From a virus (lineage: Duplodnaviria; Caudoviricetes): a stretch of 57,956 bases of DNA. Positions 9,473-19,948 of the stretch are shown here, one piece after another; within the stretch, counting starts at the first letter, position 1, and each line of letters begins with the position of its first letter. Location: positions 1 through 57,956 of IMG/VR virus record IMGVR_UViG_3300038428_000087, one strand, 5' to 3'. The notes under the pieces are model-generated. The model had not been told where the DNA came from, did not search any database, and saw only the letters and a program-made list of their open reading frames with translations. The translations under genes and the position numbers were made by a program.

Positions 9473-10311
9473 TGGTCGGCGATACACCCGTCCTCGATAT
9501 GTCATATGTCGCGGGCATGGATCTGTCAAGTTACCAGTTCAGAGCGGTCACGATGGGAACTGACGGCAACATGTACCTTGCGAGTACCTCGGTACAGTCG
9601 TTGACCACGTCAACAGTACCCCCGGCACTTGATTCCGTAACCGTGCCTTCAAACCAGGTATGGGGCATACTCCAGAACGACCCGCCTATCGGCGATATTG
9701 CGGTTGTTCGTGAACTCGGACACAGCAAATGTGTCATGAGCGGAACTCCAGGGCCAGGCGTGGGTCTTAAGCTTGCTGACACGGCAGGTAGACTTACGAC
9801 GGGCTCAATAGGCTCAGACGTTATCGTCGCTATGATGTCGCAGGATAACTGCGGCGGGACTGGCGAGATACACGATGTCGCGCTTATGACTCGCGGATCG
9901 TCAGGAGCTACGTACAGAGCAGGCCAACTAGAATATGCGATCAAGCTGACGAACCTTGCTGGTACTAACAACGTCTATGCGGCGCTTCCGCTAGGCTTTA
10001 CTGGTACTATAGTAGGTTGGTACGGACTTTTCACGACTACATCTAGTGGCAGCTCGGGACAAGGATCACTTGACCTGATACTTACTACAGGCGCCTCGCC
10101 TAGAAGTCTTTACTCAGTAGGCACTACGAAGTCAACGCTGACAATTACTGAGGGATCGACAGTAGGAACAGTAGTCGCACCGAACGCAAATCCAACGATC
10201 AACAACACGTTCGCGTCAACGGACACGCTGACGATCCACTACACGCAAGTCGCTTCGGACGTATTCACAAGCGACCTCGGCGTTTTAGAGGTTCACATCA
10301 TTACAAACTAG
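9472..10311 (+). CDS. Head decoration/cement protein (DUF2190-like) with C-terminal extension
   Basis: Directly upstream of the MCP; AGMDLS.YQFRAV..WGILQNDP..G..AVV..G motif. Confidence 0.65.
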   Translation: MVGDTPVLDMSYVAGMDLSSYQFRAVTMGTDGNMYLASTSVQSLTTSTVPPALDSVTVPSNQVWGILQNDPPIGDIAVVRELGHSKCVMSGTPGPGVGLKLADTAGRLTTGSIGSDVIVAMMSQDNCGGTGEIHDVALMTRGSSGATYRAGQLEYAIKLTNLAGTNNVYAALPLGFTGTIVGWYGLFTTTSSGSSGQGSLDLILTTGASPRSLYSVGTTKSTLTITEGSTVGTVVAPNANPTINNTFASTDTLTIHYTQVASDVFTSDLGVLEVHIITN

Positions 10312-10324
10312 GAGAACTAAAAAG

Positions 10325-11491
10325 ATGGCAACAAATTCTCAAAGAAACTTCGCCTCGATCACGCCGAACTATGGACTCTACGGAGCTGCGAAACGTCTTA
10401 CCAAAGCGGGTCTTATCGAAAGCCCTGCCGAAGCATGGACAATGCCAAGTCACGTTTCGCTCACCAAGAGCCAGCCAAGCGTCTTCGATGTGCACGTTAA
10501 TGTGCCCAATACAATTTTTAGTATTGCGTACATCCAAAGCCAAACCAACTTCAGGGCAGCCGAGATCTTTCCACTCATCCCTGTGATGAAGAAATCTGAC
10601 TACTACGTCAGCTACACGAAAGACTACTGGTTCACGAATGAAGCTAAAGTTCGGCTAGACGGTTCAGAGACAGCAGGAACGGGCTACGGCCTCAACATGA
10701 AAAACGTCTATATGTGCGACGTTTGGGGCCTGCACGTTGACCTAGGCGACATGGTATCAGCTAACGCCGATGCACCGCTTAACATGCAGCGTGATATCTC
10801 CCTGTTCTTGACGCAGAAGCTCCTGCTCGCCAGGGAAATGCAGTTCGTCACCAACTACTTCACGAACGGAGTATGGACAACCACCGAAAACGGCGCAGCT
10901 AACGGCGGCGGCGGCCAGTTTGTGTTCTGGGATGACCAAACTAACAGTACGCCTATCGAAGATATACGAAAGTTCAGACTCAACATGGCGCAACAGACGG
11001 GCTTTGTTCCTAACACCCTCGTAATTGGACCACAAGCCTACGAAGCGCTCATTGTCCACCCAGAAATCCTCGAAAGGATTAAATTCGGTGGAACGCCAGG
11101 TGCGCCCGCAGTTATATCAGAACAGGCTCTTGCTCAGGTATTCAGCATCGACAGAGTGATTGTGCCTATGTGCGTGGTTAACTCCGCCGCAGAAGGTTCA
11201 GCATCGCCAAGCATGGGCTTTGCATACGGCAACGATGCGCTGCTCTGCTACAGCAACCCAACACCCTCGATACTTACTCCATCTGCCGGGTACACGTTCG
11301 GATGGAACGGATACCTCAGCTCCGGTGGGCCGTATCAGGATATAGTCGGTTCTGGCGGTGCAGGTTGGTTCGCTGTCCGGAACTTCCGCATGGAGTGGAG
11401 ACGCGCCATGAGAATGGAAGCAGAGATGGCGATGGGCATGGAAATCATAGCTCAAGACCTCGGATGCTTCCTGAACGGTGTAATTAGTTAA
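10325..11491 (+). CDS. Major capsid protein (HK97 fold)
   Basis: 388 aa; DVHVNVP.T.FSIAY.Q..F.A..IFP..PV.KKSD.Y; PNTLVIG; position in the head module. Confidence 0.88.
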   Translation: MATNSQRNFASITPNYGLYGAAKRLTKAGLIESPAEAWTMPSHVSLTKSQPSVFDVHVNVPNTIFSIAYIQSQTNFRAAEIFPLIPVMKKSDYYVSYTKDYWFTNEAKVRLDGSETAGTGYGLNMKNVYMCDVWGLHVDLGDMVSANADAPLNMQRDISLFLTQKLLLAREMQFVTNYFTNGVWTTTENGAANGGGGQFVFWDDQTNSTPIEDIRKFRLNMAQQTGFVPNTLVIGPQAYEALIVHPEILERIKFGGTPGAPAVISEQALAQVFSIDRVIVPMCVVNSAAEGSASPSMGFAYGNDALLCYSNPTPSILTPSAGYTFGWNGYLSSGGPYQDIVGSGGAGWFAVRNFRMEWRRAMRMEAEMAMGMEIIAQDLGCFLNGVIS

Positions 11492-11502
11492 GGGCAAACG
11501 AA

Positions 11503-11892
11503 ATGGCAACGTGGAGTTACAGCGGCGATCCTTCCAATTCTTCACTAGATGAGGTGCGGTTTCTTATCGGCGATACCGATGAGGACCACCAACTCTTGTG
11601 GGATGAAGAAATTATCTTCGTCACCGATCAGTACACAAATGCCTACTGGGCGGCAGGTGTTTTAGCGAACACATTAGCCGCTCGCTTTGCTCCTACCACT
11701 GAGGAAAAACTCGGTGACTGGAGCGGCGCGTATCAACAGAGATACGACCATTTCCTTCAACTATCCAAGGATATGAAAGAGATGGCTATACGGCAAGCTA
11801 AACCGTTCTTTGGCGGAACAGAACCACTAGAGGACGAGAAATGCACCCCGAAGCAAATTAAGGTAGGTATGTGGAGCGATAAGACGTGGTAA
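11503..11892 (+). CDS. Head-tail adaptor/connector protein
   Basis: WSYSGDP..DEVRFLIGDTD..LL.DEEI; follows the MCP. Confidence 0.75.
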   Translation: MATWSYSGDPSNSSLDEVRFLIGDTDEDHQLLWDEEIIFVTDQYTNAYWAAGVLANTLAARFAPTTEEKLGDWSGAYQQRYDHFLQLSKDMKEMAIRQAKPFFGGTEPLEDEKCTPKQIKVGMWSDKTW

Positions 11893-12146
11893 ACCGCTAA
11901 ACTCCAACACTTTATTTTTTAGGTATGAAGATGGCAGAAAAAAAGAAGGTTAATGGCAAATTAAAAGCAGAATCGACCGACGTACCGGCAGCGGTTGCAG
12001 CATTAAAAACCGCAGCAGGAGAGCTTAGATGTCAGACGGTGGGTTATCCGCTCACTCTTGAAGCAATGAGGCTCGCACGATTATACCGAAGTCACACATA
12101 ATTCAATTTTAAATATTCATTAAAAAAGGAGGTAGGAGGCCCAACT

Positions 12147-12926
12147 ATGGGATATAAGGATAACTTAGCGAGACTTTTTAGAGGCAGATGGTTTACCGGA
12201 GATTTACTCGCTACTAATACGATAACCGAGGACAATATCACCCCCGGAACGATAACCACCGCATCGATCAGCGAGACAGCGGGTATTACTTCAGAGCAGC
12301 TCGCAGCGGGTATTCTCACACAGGGAACGCGTACCCCTATAGGATTCGCTGAGATTACTGGATTACCGCTTACCGCTAGTAACCTCACACCTGGGACGTA
12401 TCCAATCTGCACCGTTCCTGGTGGTTCGCTTGTTATTGGTTGCATTGCGGTAGCGCGAATAGCGTTTGACGGTGATACTGCAATTACCGTGGGCAGAACC
12501 GCAGCACAAACGTCGCTTATGGCAGCTCCTACTTTGGCACCAATTAACTCAGTTACAGGGGATGACCCCGCCGTTCTAGGGACTGACCTATGGGTTACTG
12601 GCGGCCAGACAACGACCGCTGGAAACTGGACCGCAACGTTCCCGACGATTACAACCCCCGACAACTGGGAAGTAATTAATAAAGATACGGGTACTACGCT
12701 CACAGAAGCCGAACTCCCATTCACGCAAACAACGACTACTACAGTAATCAGTGCCGGGTCACAAACAAAAACTCCATCGAACTTCTCAGTAACGACGTGG
12801 GCGCATCCTAAATGGCATTGGTGCGCGAGCAATACAACGTATAACGCGTATCTAACGAGCACAACCGGCACAGTCGGCGCGTTGGATGTTTACATTTCAT
12901 ACATTCGCTACGTAATGGCGGGGTAA
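12147..12926 (+). CDS. Thr-rich putative virion structural protein
   Basis: GGAGG RBS; beta-rich composition; in the structural module. Confidence 0.55.
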   Translation: MGYKDNLARLFRGRWFTGDLLATNTITEDNITPGTITTASISETAGITSEQLAAGILTQGTRTPIGFAEITGLPLTASNLTPGTYPICTVPGGSLVIGCIAVARIAFDGDTAITVGRTAAQTSLMAAPTLAPINSVTGDDPAVLGTDLWVTGGQTTTAGNWTATFPTITTPDNWEVINKDTGTTLTEAELPFTQTTTTTVISAGSQTKTPSNFSVTTWAHPKWHWCASNTTYNAYLTSTTGTVGALDVYISYIRYVMAG

Positions 12927-12930
12927 GATC

Positions 12931-14091
12931 ATGGTACAAAATGTCAACATCGTTAAAGTAGGCCCGACTAAAAATGCTAACGGGGCCGATGAACTCACTC
13001 CACTTAATATAGATTCAAGTGGAAATCTTGGCGTTAATCTCGAAACTGATATTGCTATAGGCTCAGTCAAGGTTTCAGACGGCACAACGCCCACACAACT
13101 GCTCGCGGTAGACTCAAATGGTAAAATCGGCATTAATGCGTTACCAGGGATTACGGGGACAGTTACCGCAACATTATCAAGTCAGGCGTTCACGAATACG
13201 ATCCTGACGGCGATCGAAGACACTATCGCGCACACTATCGGCGTACAAACAAAAGGCGTGCGAAACACATCGGGAGCGGTGGCGCACCGATCATCTCTCA
13301 CTGCTGCTGATGTTGTAGGTGCGACGAACACAGCGCCAACAGTTCCCACAGTCGCAGACAGCGGCGTAGCAGAAGGCACTCTTACTCACGCGCCGACCAT
13401 ATGGTACGCGGCATATGTTGTCCGAAACGGCATGGGGGTCACGATGGCCTCCGCTGTTGGTTCAGTATCATTGTCCGCAGCACATTCTATTAGAATAACC
13501 ATACCCGCAGCGTGGGGTTCAAGTCTTGCTGACACGGACTTAGTATACGAAATATTCCTTTCTACTGACTCAGGCGCACCAAAGCACGTCTGTACATTCA
13601 CTGGCGCACAGCTTGCAGCTAGTGGGGGTGTAGGAACGGGGTGTATCTGTACGAGTGCAGAAACGCCGGTTACGAATTCAACAGCTAGAGCAGCGTGGGC
13701 GTGTGATATAGGCGTCACTGGAGCAAACGCGCAGACAACGGCAGCGCAATTTGTAACAAGTACGGCATTTTCTCAGGCTACGATAGCTGGTTTAACACCC
13801 GTTTCAACGGCAGGATACAATAACGCTGATGTGTTTATAGATGCACAACAGACGGCATATACGACTACAGCGCCTTCATTAACGCTTGTACCCCTGTTCC
13901 TTAACGATAAACAAGGAGCAAACTACCATATCGGTGCGCCGATATACGTAAGCCTTCTTAACGGCACAGCGCAATCGTTTAGGCAGATGTTTAACCTTAC
14001 CACAAACGGCGACAGTATGATGATTCTCGTCGCGTCAATTACGAACGTAACCATAAACAGGATAGACGTGACGCCAACCAGTGTGGTGTAA
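12931..14091 (+). CDS. Putative virion fibre/accessory structural protein
   Basis: Repeated (L)xVDSxG units at the N-terminus; Thr/Ala-rich beta composition. Confidence 0.55.
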   Translation: MVQNVNIVKVGPTKNANGADELTPLNIDSSGNLGVNLETDIAIGSVKVSDGTTPTQLLAVDSNGKIGINALPGITGTVTATLSSQAFTNTILTAIEDTIAHTIGVQTKGVRNTSGAVAHRSSLTAADVVGATNTAPTVPTVADSGVAEGTLTHAPTIWYAAYVVRNGMGVTMASAVGSVSLSAAHSIRITIPAAWGSSLADTDLVYEIFLSTDSGAPKHVCTFTGAQLAASGGVGTGCICTSAETPVTNSTARAAWACDIGVTGANAQTTAAQFVTSTAFSQATIAGLTPVSTAGYNNADVFIDAQQTAYTTTAPSLTLVPLFLNDKQGANYHIGAPIYVSLLNGTAQSFRQMFNLTTNGDSMMILVASITNVTINRIDVTPTSVV

Positions 14092-14220
14092 CCAATGGCC
14101 ACCAAGCAGAATACGCTCGTAACGGCAAACAGTGGTGGACTAACAGATAGGCGTCGCGGCTCTTTGTTCCCGCGTGTTGACTGCCGCAGCCTAAAGTATC
14201 TAAGAAAAGGAAGTGGTTAG

Positions 14221-15411
14221 ATGGGTGCAGAAGGTGTTAAATGGGTTACGAATAACTCAAGCCCCACCCTAACGCGTTACCACGGTGCATCAGGCAGCAA
14301 TACCCTTTATTCACCAGCCAACCAAGCGGCAGCGACGACCTACTTTAACAGTCTAGCTCCGTGGGGTGTTATGGGTCGTGTTTCATTACGACCGGACGGC
14401 TCAGTGTCGTCTCGCTGTAATGTCAATACCACTCCACTACAAACTGGCGACAACTGCTATTCCGACACCGACCAAACTGGTTTAGAACAGAAGATGGTGT
14501 ATATTCCGCAGTTCTGTTACGCAATTGACACGCTGACCGCAAATCAGGTGTGGTATTGGATTGGAAAAGTTGGCGACCAATTTGAGAAGTCAGATACCAG
14601 TGGTACGTATACATTCAGCGCATCAGATATTCATCCGGCGTTTATTGTAGACGGTGTCGCGAAGGCAGGTGTATATATTGGCGCGTATGAAGCCTACAAC
14701 AGTAGCAGCGTGCTCCAATCTGTGGCCGGTGTTGCGCCGACGGCGTCGACGACAAAAGCAAACTTCCGCGCGTATGCTGAAGCTATCGGCGCGGGGTGGG
14801 AGCTTATGACTATCCAAATCTATTCGGCGCTCCAGTACCTGTTTATAATCGAATATGGGTCGTTATATTCACGAAGCGTTCTTGGATACGGGGTCGGTTC
14901 TGGCTCAATGATAAACACTGGACATACTACATCCAACGGAAACGCATCATATGGTACAACAGCAAATACAACGACGCCGATGAGTTATAGGGGCGTTGAA
15001 AACCTTTATGGAAACCTTTACAAATACGCCGAAGGTATTAGGACTGACGCAAGTTACAATGTATGGATTCAACCGCAGACCGCCCTCCACACATATAGTG
15101 ACTCGTCAACGCTTGGGTCGCAGTCTTATTACGTAAACAGCAGTTTAACTACAATTTCGTCAAGTGGGTATATCACAGGCGTTAATACCGGCGCAGCACT
15201 TTCGTGGGGGTTTATTCCAAGTGCAGCATCAGGCGGCAGCGGTTCTACGTATTTCTGTGGGTGGGGAAACGTTGATGCTTCAAATACAGTATGGATGACG
15301 GGCGGGTCAGCAACCGGCGCACCGACATCGGCTGAAGGGGTATTCGGAATGAGAGAATACGCTGGCAATCAAGCGTATGTCGGCGCTAGAATCTGTTATC
15401 TACCATCATGA
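14221..15411 (+). CDS. Putative receptor-binding protein with a C-type-lectin/FGE-like fold
   Basis: MVYIPQF, HPAFIVDG, YIGAYEA, YRGVENLYGN, terminal GARICY. Confidence 0.65.
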   Translation: MGAEGVKWVTNNSSPTLTRYHGASGSNTLYSPANQAAATTYFNSLAPWGVMGRVSLRPDGSVSSRCNVNTTPLQTGDNCYSDTDQTGLEQKMVYIPQFCYAIDTLTANQVWYWIGKVGDQFEKSDTSGTYTFSASDIHPAFIVDGVAKAGVYIGAYEAYNSSSVLQSVAGVAPTASTTKANFRAYAEAIGAGWELMTIQIYSALQYLFIIEYGSLYSRSVLGYGVGSGSMINTGHTTSNGNASYGTTANTTTPMSYRGVENLYGNLYKYAEGIRTDASYNVWIQPQTALHTYSDSSTLGSQSYYVNSSLTTISSSGYITGVNTGAALSWGFIPSAASGGSGSTYFCGWGNVDASNTVWMTGGSATGAPTSAEGVFGMREYAGNQAYVGARICYLPS

Positions 15412-16427
15412 AACGAGTATTCGGCGGCACGCACTCTGATTATTCAGTAGGGTTATTAACTGACGATATGGATTGGCTCATTTCAGATGGGTGGGCAATA
15501 AACATATATCTCAATTACGCCGGTCTTAATTCCCTGTCCGACACTGAAGCATGTATAGCCACGGCCAATTATCTTATAGACTACGGCTTAACTGTTTATT
15601 TGGATATTGAACAGCCATTTGGCCACAGTGGGAGCGTTGTAGACCCAACAAATCTAGCTGAAATCCCGTTACAAACCCCCGATATTTGGAGTGGTGCAGA
15701 TGGGGCGTGCGGGTGGAACAACTTTAATGCCGCTAACCTGCCAGCGATGTATGCTCTCTTTAACTCCGTAACAGGACGTTATCCTACACTATGGTGGAAC
15801 ACGCCGCTTTCATATTATCATGATAGATTCGACGAGTGCTTTGAATTATTAGACGCCGTTGACTTTGCAGGTTATGGGTGGGAAGAGGGCTATGATACTG
15901 GTATCCAATGGCTTCGGTCAATGACAAGCAAACCGTTGATGCAGTATATTGCATCGGCGCCTCCTAGCGGCCCTGGCGGTGGAAACATGGTTCCGACGAG
16001 CTGGTATTACTTCGTAAACCCACTTTCAGAGCGCCTTAACATCGTTGATGCCGTGATGCTGGAAGTCTATTTTGACGGTGATACCCAAGGAGGCGGCAAT
16101 CAATTTCTTGCGGCTCTTGGACTTATCCCCACAATTCAAAGTGAATATCCGACCATGCCAATCGGAGTTACGACTACATACGATTCATCTACAGAGTGGT
16201 TCGGTTCGTATGACCCAGACGTGCAGAAGCGGTCAATAGCTACAGACCTATGGCAGCTTAAAGAAGCGATGGCTGGCGGGTATTTAGACACGATTGAAAC
16301 ATTGATTAAAATGGAGCCGGTAAGCGGGATTGACACAGTGCAAGCACGCACCGCGTTTTTAGACACTCTTAATATGACAACATCAGTTTCGCAGATTGAC
16401 CTTAAAAACATAGCGTACGCAACTTAG
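15408..16427 (+). CDS. Putative glycoside-hydrolase-like (TIM-barrel-like) virion protein
   Basis: Alternating beta/alpha pattern, VYLDIE, AGYGWEEG, VMLEVY; resembles the domain in 26280, 33648 and 56048. The fold is inferred. Confidence 0.4.
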   Translation: MKRVFGGTHSDYSVGLLTDDMDWLISDGWAINIYLNYAGLNSLSDTEACIATANYLIDYGLTVYLDIEQPFGHSGSVVDPTNLAEIPLQTPDIWSGADGACGWNNFNAANLPAMYALFNSVTGRYPTLWWNTPLSYYHDRFDECFELLDAVDFAGYGWEEGYDTGIQWLRSMTSKPLMQYIASAPPSGPGGGNMVPTSWYYFVNPLSERLNIVDAVMLEVYFDGDTQGGGNQFLAALGLIPTIQSEYPTMPIGVTTTYDSSTEWFGSYDPDVQKRSIATDLWQLKEAMAGGYLDTIETLIKMEPVSGIDTVQARTAFLDTLNMTTSVSQIDLKNIAYAT

Positions 16428-16437
16428 GAGAATCAAA

Positions 16438-17040
16438 ATGACAGTAGGACACTGGTACGCCAACGGAAGATTATTAATGGATGCTAGTCAGAGTACGCCT
16501 TTCAAATGGAACGGTTCGACCACTAACTATGCATTGTACGCTGCCCTTGTCAATAGTTCTATATACGGCCCCACAGGTTCTACAGTGCTTGATGACTATA
16601 ACGATACCTATTTGAGTACCGCAATAGCCAACTCAGCAGAACCAGCGCAGGCTACTGGCTACCAGCGGATGCCTATACACATGGCACCAGTTGTAAAGTT
16701 TCAAAAGACCAACCCCACTTCTAATTATATTATTTACCCAGTTAATGCTTCGTATCCATTATCATGGGCAGTAAGCGGTGGCCAAACGATGACAGCAGGG
16801 ATTATGATACTCTACTGGGATCTAAACGTGGCTAACTCATTAGTCCCCCCACTCACGGCATATTATCCATCTGGAACGAATAACACGTATGACTCTACAA
16901 GTCCGTTGTTAGGGTGGTTCCCGTTCATTGATGCTGTCACTGGAAATAACTATTGGGCCGGTGCTGCCACCGTTCCTTATACATGTGATGCCACCTCATT
17001 TACTGGTTATTCAACGTTATTATACTCTCAGGAACGATAG
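16438..17040 (+). CDS. Putative virion structural protein
   Basis: AGGAG RBS; beta-rich; in the structural operon. Confidence 0.5.
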   Translation: MTVGHWYANGRLLMDASQSTPFKWNGSTTNYALYAALVNSSIYGPTGSTVLDDYNDTYLSTAIANSAEPAQATGYQRMPIHMAPVVKFQKTNPTSNYIIYPVNASYPLSWAVSGGQTMTAGIMILYWDLNVANSLVPPLTAYYPSGTNNTYDSTSPLLGWFPFIDAVTGNNYWAGAATVPYTCDATSFTGYSTLLYSQER

Positions 17041-17688
17041 ATGACAAACAACGTTACAGGGGTTGCAGTGGGTACGCATGATGGATCAGCCTGTGGGTAC
17101 ATTATATTAGTCCATAATTATGTTATGGGGGTCGCAGTAGGTACGCATGAGGGATTACCATGTGGGCTTACGCTTGAAATATATCCAGATGCAAATATTA
17201 AACAAGGGAAGATAGACCTTATATTCGCAGTTTTTTCAGATAGCGGTGCACTTATACTTGATAATGCAAATGTGGAGTTTATTATCAGTGGCACTAAGGG
17301 CACAGTAACCAAAGCAACAAGTGATTATTCAGTACTTACCTTTGGAAACACGCTCGTCGTTCACATGAACGTTGGTGACTTTACCGCGAGCGAAACAGCG
17401 GACTACACTGCAACAATCACGACTGCATTAGAAAACACCTATACAATGAGTGGTGAGCTGATAATAGCTGTATTTAAGACTGTCGAACGGCTATATGGGA
17501 TGCTACAAAATCCCGAACCGCGCGTTTATGGCAAACTCCAAAATCCAGTGAGCCGTGTGATAGGTATACTCCCAAATCCAGAACTGAGAGTATATGGGAA
17601 ACTCCCCACCCCTGAAACTAGAGTTTATGGCACACTTCCCAACCCAACAACTAGGTTATACGGTATGCTTCAAGAGGTTGAATGTTGA
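17041..17688 (+). CDS. Structural protein with six C-terminal 11-aa repeats
   Basis: R(L/V)(Y/I)GxL(Q/P)xPxx repeated six times (about 17488-17673); GVAVGTHxG twice at the N-terminus. Confidence 0.65.
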   Translation: MTNNVTGVAVGTHDGSACGYIILVHNYVMGVAVGTHEGLPCGLTLEIYPDANIKQGKIDLIFAVFSDSGALILDNANVEFIISGTKGTVTKATSDYSVLTFGNTLVVHMNVGDFTASETADYTATITTALENTYTMSGELIIAVFKTVERLYGMLQNPEPRVYGKLQNPVSRVIGILPNPELRVYGKLPTPETRVYGTLPNPTTRLYGMLQEVEC

Positions 17689-17700
17689 TGAGGATACAAC

Positions 17701-18201
17701 ATGACAGATGATTTTACAATTTATCAGGGCGTAGATATTACGCCTTATGTAGCAGTCACGTCGAACGGACTAGCAAACGGGACACCTATAGACGTTTCAG
17801 GCTGGACAGCGGCAACGTGGGTGGCGTTTTCTATGCCATTAACAAGTTCTTCACAACTTCCACTCATCACAAAGCACAAAACAGACATGAGTGTAGGCAT
17901 TGATCCACAGGTTACACCTACACCAACAACGGAAAATAGTATATTTATCCCACTTAGTAACCAGGACTTAGGCAGCGTAGGCGCAATAGGGCAGTTCCGC
18001 CATGAGCTCAGGATCACGTTAGGCGGAAAAAATTACGTCGTGTATCCCTTAGTGGGCGTCCCTGCTACCTTTACGATTGACCAGAGCCTTTCGTGGACAA
18101 CTTCAACAACGCCACCAGCGCCGCGCAGTGAATTTGTCAGGCTGGGTGGGACGCTTGACAAAAAAACACAAGATAAACTATGGGGTGAAGAAAAGACATG
18201 A
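17701..18201 (+). CDS. BppU-N-like beta-sandwich structural protein
   Basis: FTIYQG..V..G.PIDVSG..A.W..; paralogous to 18198. Confidence 0.5.
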   Translation: MTDDFTIYQGVDITPYVAVTSNGLANGTPIDVSGWTAATWVAFSMPLTSSSQLPLITKHKTDMSVGIDPQVTPTPTTENSIFIPLSNQDLGSVGAIGQFRHELRITLGGKNYVVYPLVGVPATFTIDQSLSWTTSTTPPAPRSEFVRLGGTLDKKTQDKLWGEEKT

Positions 18202-18542
18202 CGCTTTCCACCGTTAACCCAGCCCCGTTCTATCAAGGCGATTATACTACGATTCCATTCGTCATAACTGATGATACCGATACCGCCGTAAACATCTTTA
18301 ATGCTACATTTACCTGGGCGCTCTGGAACGCGGGATTTGGGACGGTGCTTACGAAGACACTTGGGAACGGACTCTTGTTTGGTGACCCTACAAAAGGGCA
18401 GATAGCAGTAACGCTTGAGTATGTCGATACTGCAACTCTTGTAGCTACGCAATACGTTCACCAGCTTGAGATGGTATTGAGTAGTGAGAGTACGATCGAA
18501 GCAACTGGAACACTCACCATATTAAAAAATTATACACTATAG
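18198..18542 (+). CDS. BppU-N-like beta-sandwich structural protein
   Basis: FYQGD..F.ITD..AVNI..A..GQIAVTL..DT..L..Y.HQLE..TG.LTI. Confidence 0.55.
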   Translation: MTLSTVNPAPFYQGDYTTIPFVITDDTDTAVNIFNATFTWALWNAGFGTVLTKTLGNGLLFGDPTKGQIAVTLEYVDTATLVATQYVHQLEMVLSSESTIEATGTLTILKNYTL

Positions 18543-18557
18543 AGGAGAGGTGCGATA

Positions 18558-19148
18558 ATGAACGAAGACAGAAAGGAACCAATGGGAATGGACACAGAAC
18601 CGAAAAAAGAAAAGAAGATGCCAGTGGATAAGCTGGTAGACGAAACACGAGAACCTTTAAAAGAAAACCTCGGACTTGGTAGCGCACCGCTAACAAGCGG
18701 GCCGTTTACTCCTGAAAGGCCGTTAGGTGCTAAACAGCTAATCTACATCTGGGATATTTCAAATCTCGTATATGTTGGGTTAGATGGTCAGGACAAAGGA
18801 GATTTAAAGCGGAAGCAGGACTCGAAACCCGCCAAGGACAAAGACAGTTTCCCGTATATCGACAAGGCGACAGGCTTCCAGGACTGGACTATTGACTTCA
18901 GTGGGAACTGGATTATAGACGCAGTTACCGGAGCGCAAGCCCCAGGGATCCAGTTAATGGACTACTACTACGATAACTACATCAGTCCGATTAAGGTGAT
19001 GCTCGTAGAACCCGGCAATGCAGACATCCAACGTATCGGTAACATGATTATCACCCAGTGGGATCTAATGGGCCCTGTTGACGGTGTAGTTACCTACAGC
19101 GGGAATTTAGACGGGAAGATGGGTTACTCGACGGTAAACTTATTCTAA
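18558..19148 (+). CDS. Major tail tube protein
   Basis: KDKD..GFQDWTIDFSG..GNMIITQWDL.GPVDGVVTYSGNL.G resembles siphovirus tube proteins. Confidence 0.75.
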   Translation: MNEDRKEPMGMDTEPKKEKKMPVDKLVDETREPLKENLGLGSAPLTSGPFTPERPLGAKQLIYIWDISNLVYVGLDGQDKGDLKRKQDSKPAKDKDSFPYIDKATGFQDWTIDFSGNWIIDAVTGAQAPGIQLMDYYYDNYISPIKVMLVEPGNADIQRIGNMIITQWDLMGPVDGVVTYSGNLDGKMGYSTVNLF

Positions 19149-19164
19149 AGGAGAAAAAAGAAAC

Positions 19165-19533
19165 ATGGTTAATCCTACTTTATTTACGGCAATAACGCCG
19201 ACACAAAGCGGTGCTGCGTTAACATACACGGCGGCTTCCGCGAGTTCGACAGGCGACCTCGTGCCGGTGGCACTATTCGGCATGACGGTTGTTCTCATTA
19301 AGAACTCCGATGCCGGAAGTACGCACACGGTAACGTTCGCATCGCAGGCAGACCAATGGGGCAACGTGGTTAGTAAAACAGACACGGTTGGGGAAAGCGG
19401 CACGTTAGCAGTTCAGCTCTCGCCGCCTGCTCGATGGTGTAATACCGCAGCAGGAAACACCTGTGCAGTTACTTACGATGCATATGCTGACCTGTCTATT
19501 GCAGTGTTGAACGTTCCCTGGCAGTCCATATAA
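19165..19533 (+). CDS. Small virion structural protein
   Basis: AAGGAG RBS; beta-rich; in the neck/tail region. Confidence 0.5.
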   Translation: MVNPTLFTAITPTQSGAALTYTAASASSTGDLVPVALFGMTVVLIKNSDAGSTHTVTFASQADQWGNVVSKTDTVGESGTLAVQLSPPARWCNTAAGNTCAVTYDAYADLSIAVLNVPWQSI

Positions 19534-19539
19534 AACAAG

Positions 19540-19944
19540 ATGGGCAGATTAAGCGGATATCCACTCGACGCGGTAGAAGAAAGCAACCTTTACCCCTCGA
19601 CGTTTTCTATCTACCGCGCCTCAAGAACGTTAACGTCACATGGGGCAACACCTATGACGTGGAGCCTGGTAGATACCGCGCCCGGAAGAGTCCGCGAATT
19701 AAACGCCCACGAAAGACTACAGGACGATGTTAGAAAGGATAAGCTCACGCATAGATGCTACTGTGCTCCCAGCGCCGATATCGTTAGAAATGATGTAATT
19801 GTCGTATCTCCACCAGTCCAAGGCGGCGTGAATACCTTTCTCGTAGTGCACGCGCACCTCCCTGATAATATAATGCACCACTACGAGATAACCGCCAAGA
19901 CAATCGTTTCGGGATCGGCAGAATGGGCAGGATATATGATCTAA
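19540..19944 (+). CDS. Head closure (SPP1 gp16-like) protein
   Basis: Size and position; G...TW..V...GRV..THR.Y..DI..ND..HHYEI. Confidence 0.65.
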   Translation: MGRLSGYPLDAVEESNLYPSTFSIYRASRTLTSHGATPMTWSLVDTAPGRVRELNAHERLQDDVRKDKLTHRCYCAPSADIVRNDVIVVSPPVQGGVNTFLVVHAHLPDNIMHHYEITAKTIVSGSAEWAGYMI

Positions 19945-19948
19945 GAAT

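Noticed and set aside
12092-12871. Long minus-strand ORF (and similar antisense ORFs throughout)
   Set aside because: These shadow well-supported plus-strand genes and have no motifs or RBS.
14221-15411. Diversity-generating retroelement target (C-type lectin-like C-terminus)
   Set aside because: No reverse transcriptase and no template repeat matching the 3' end were seen.
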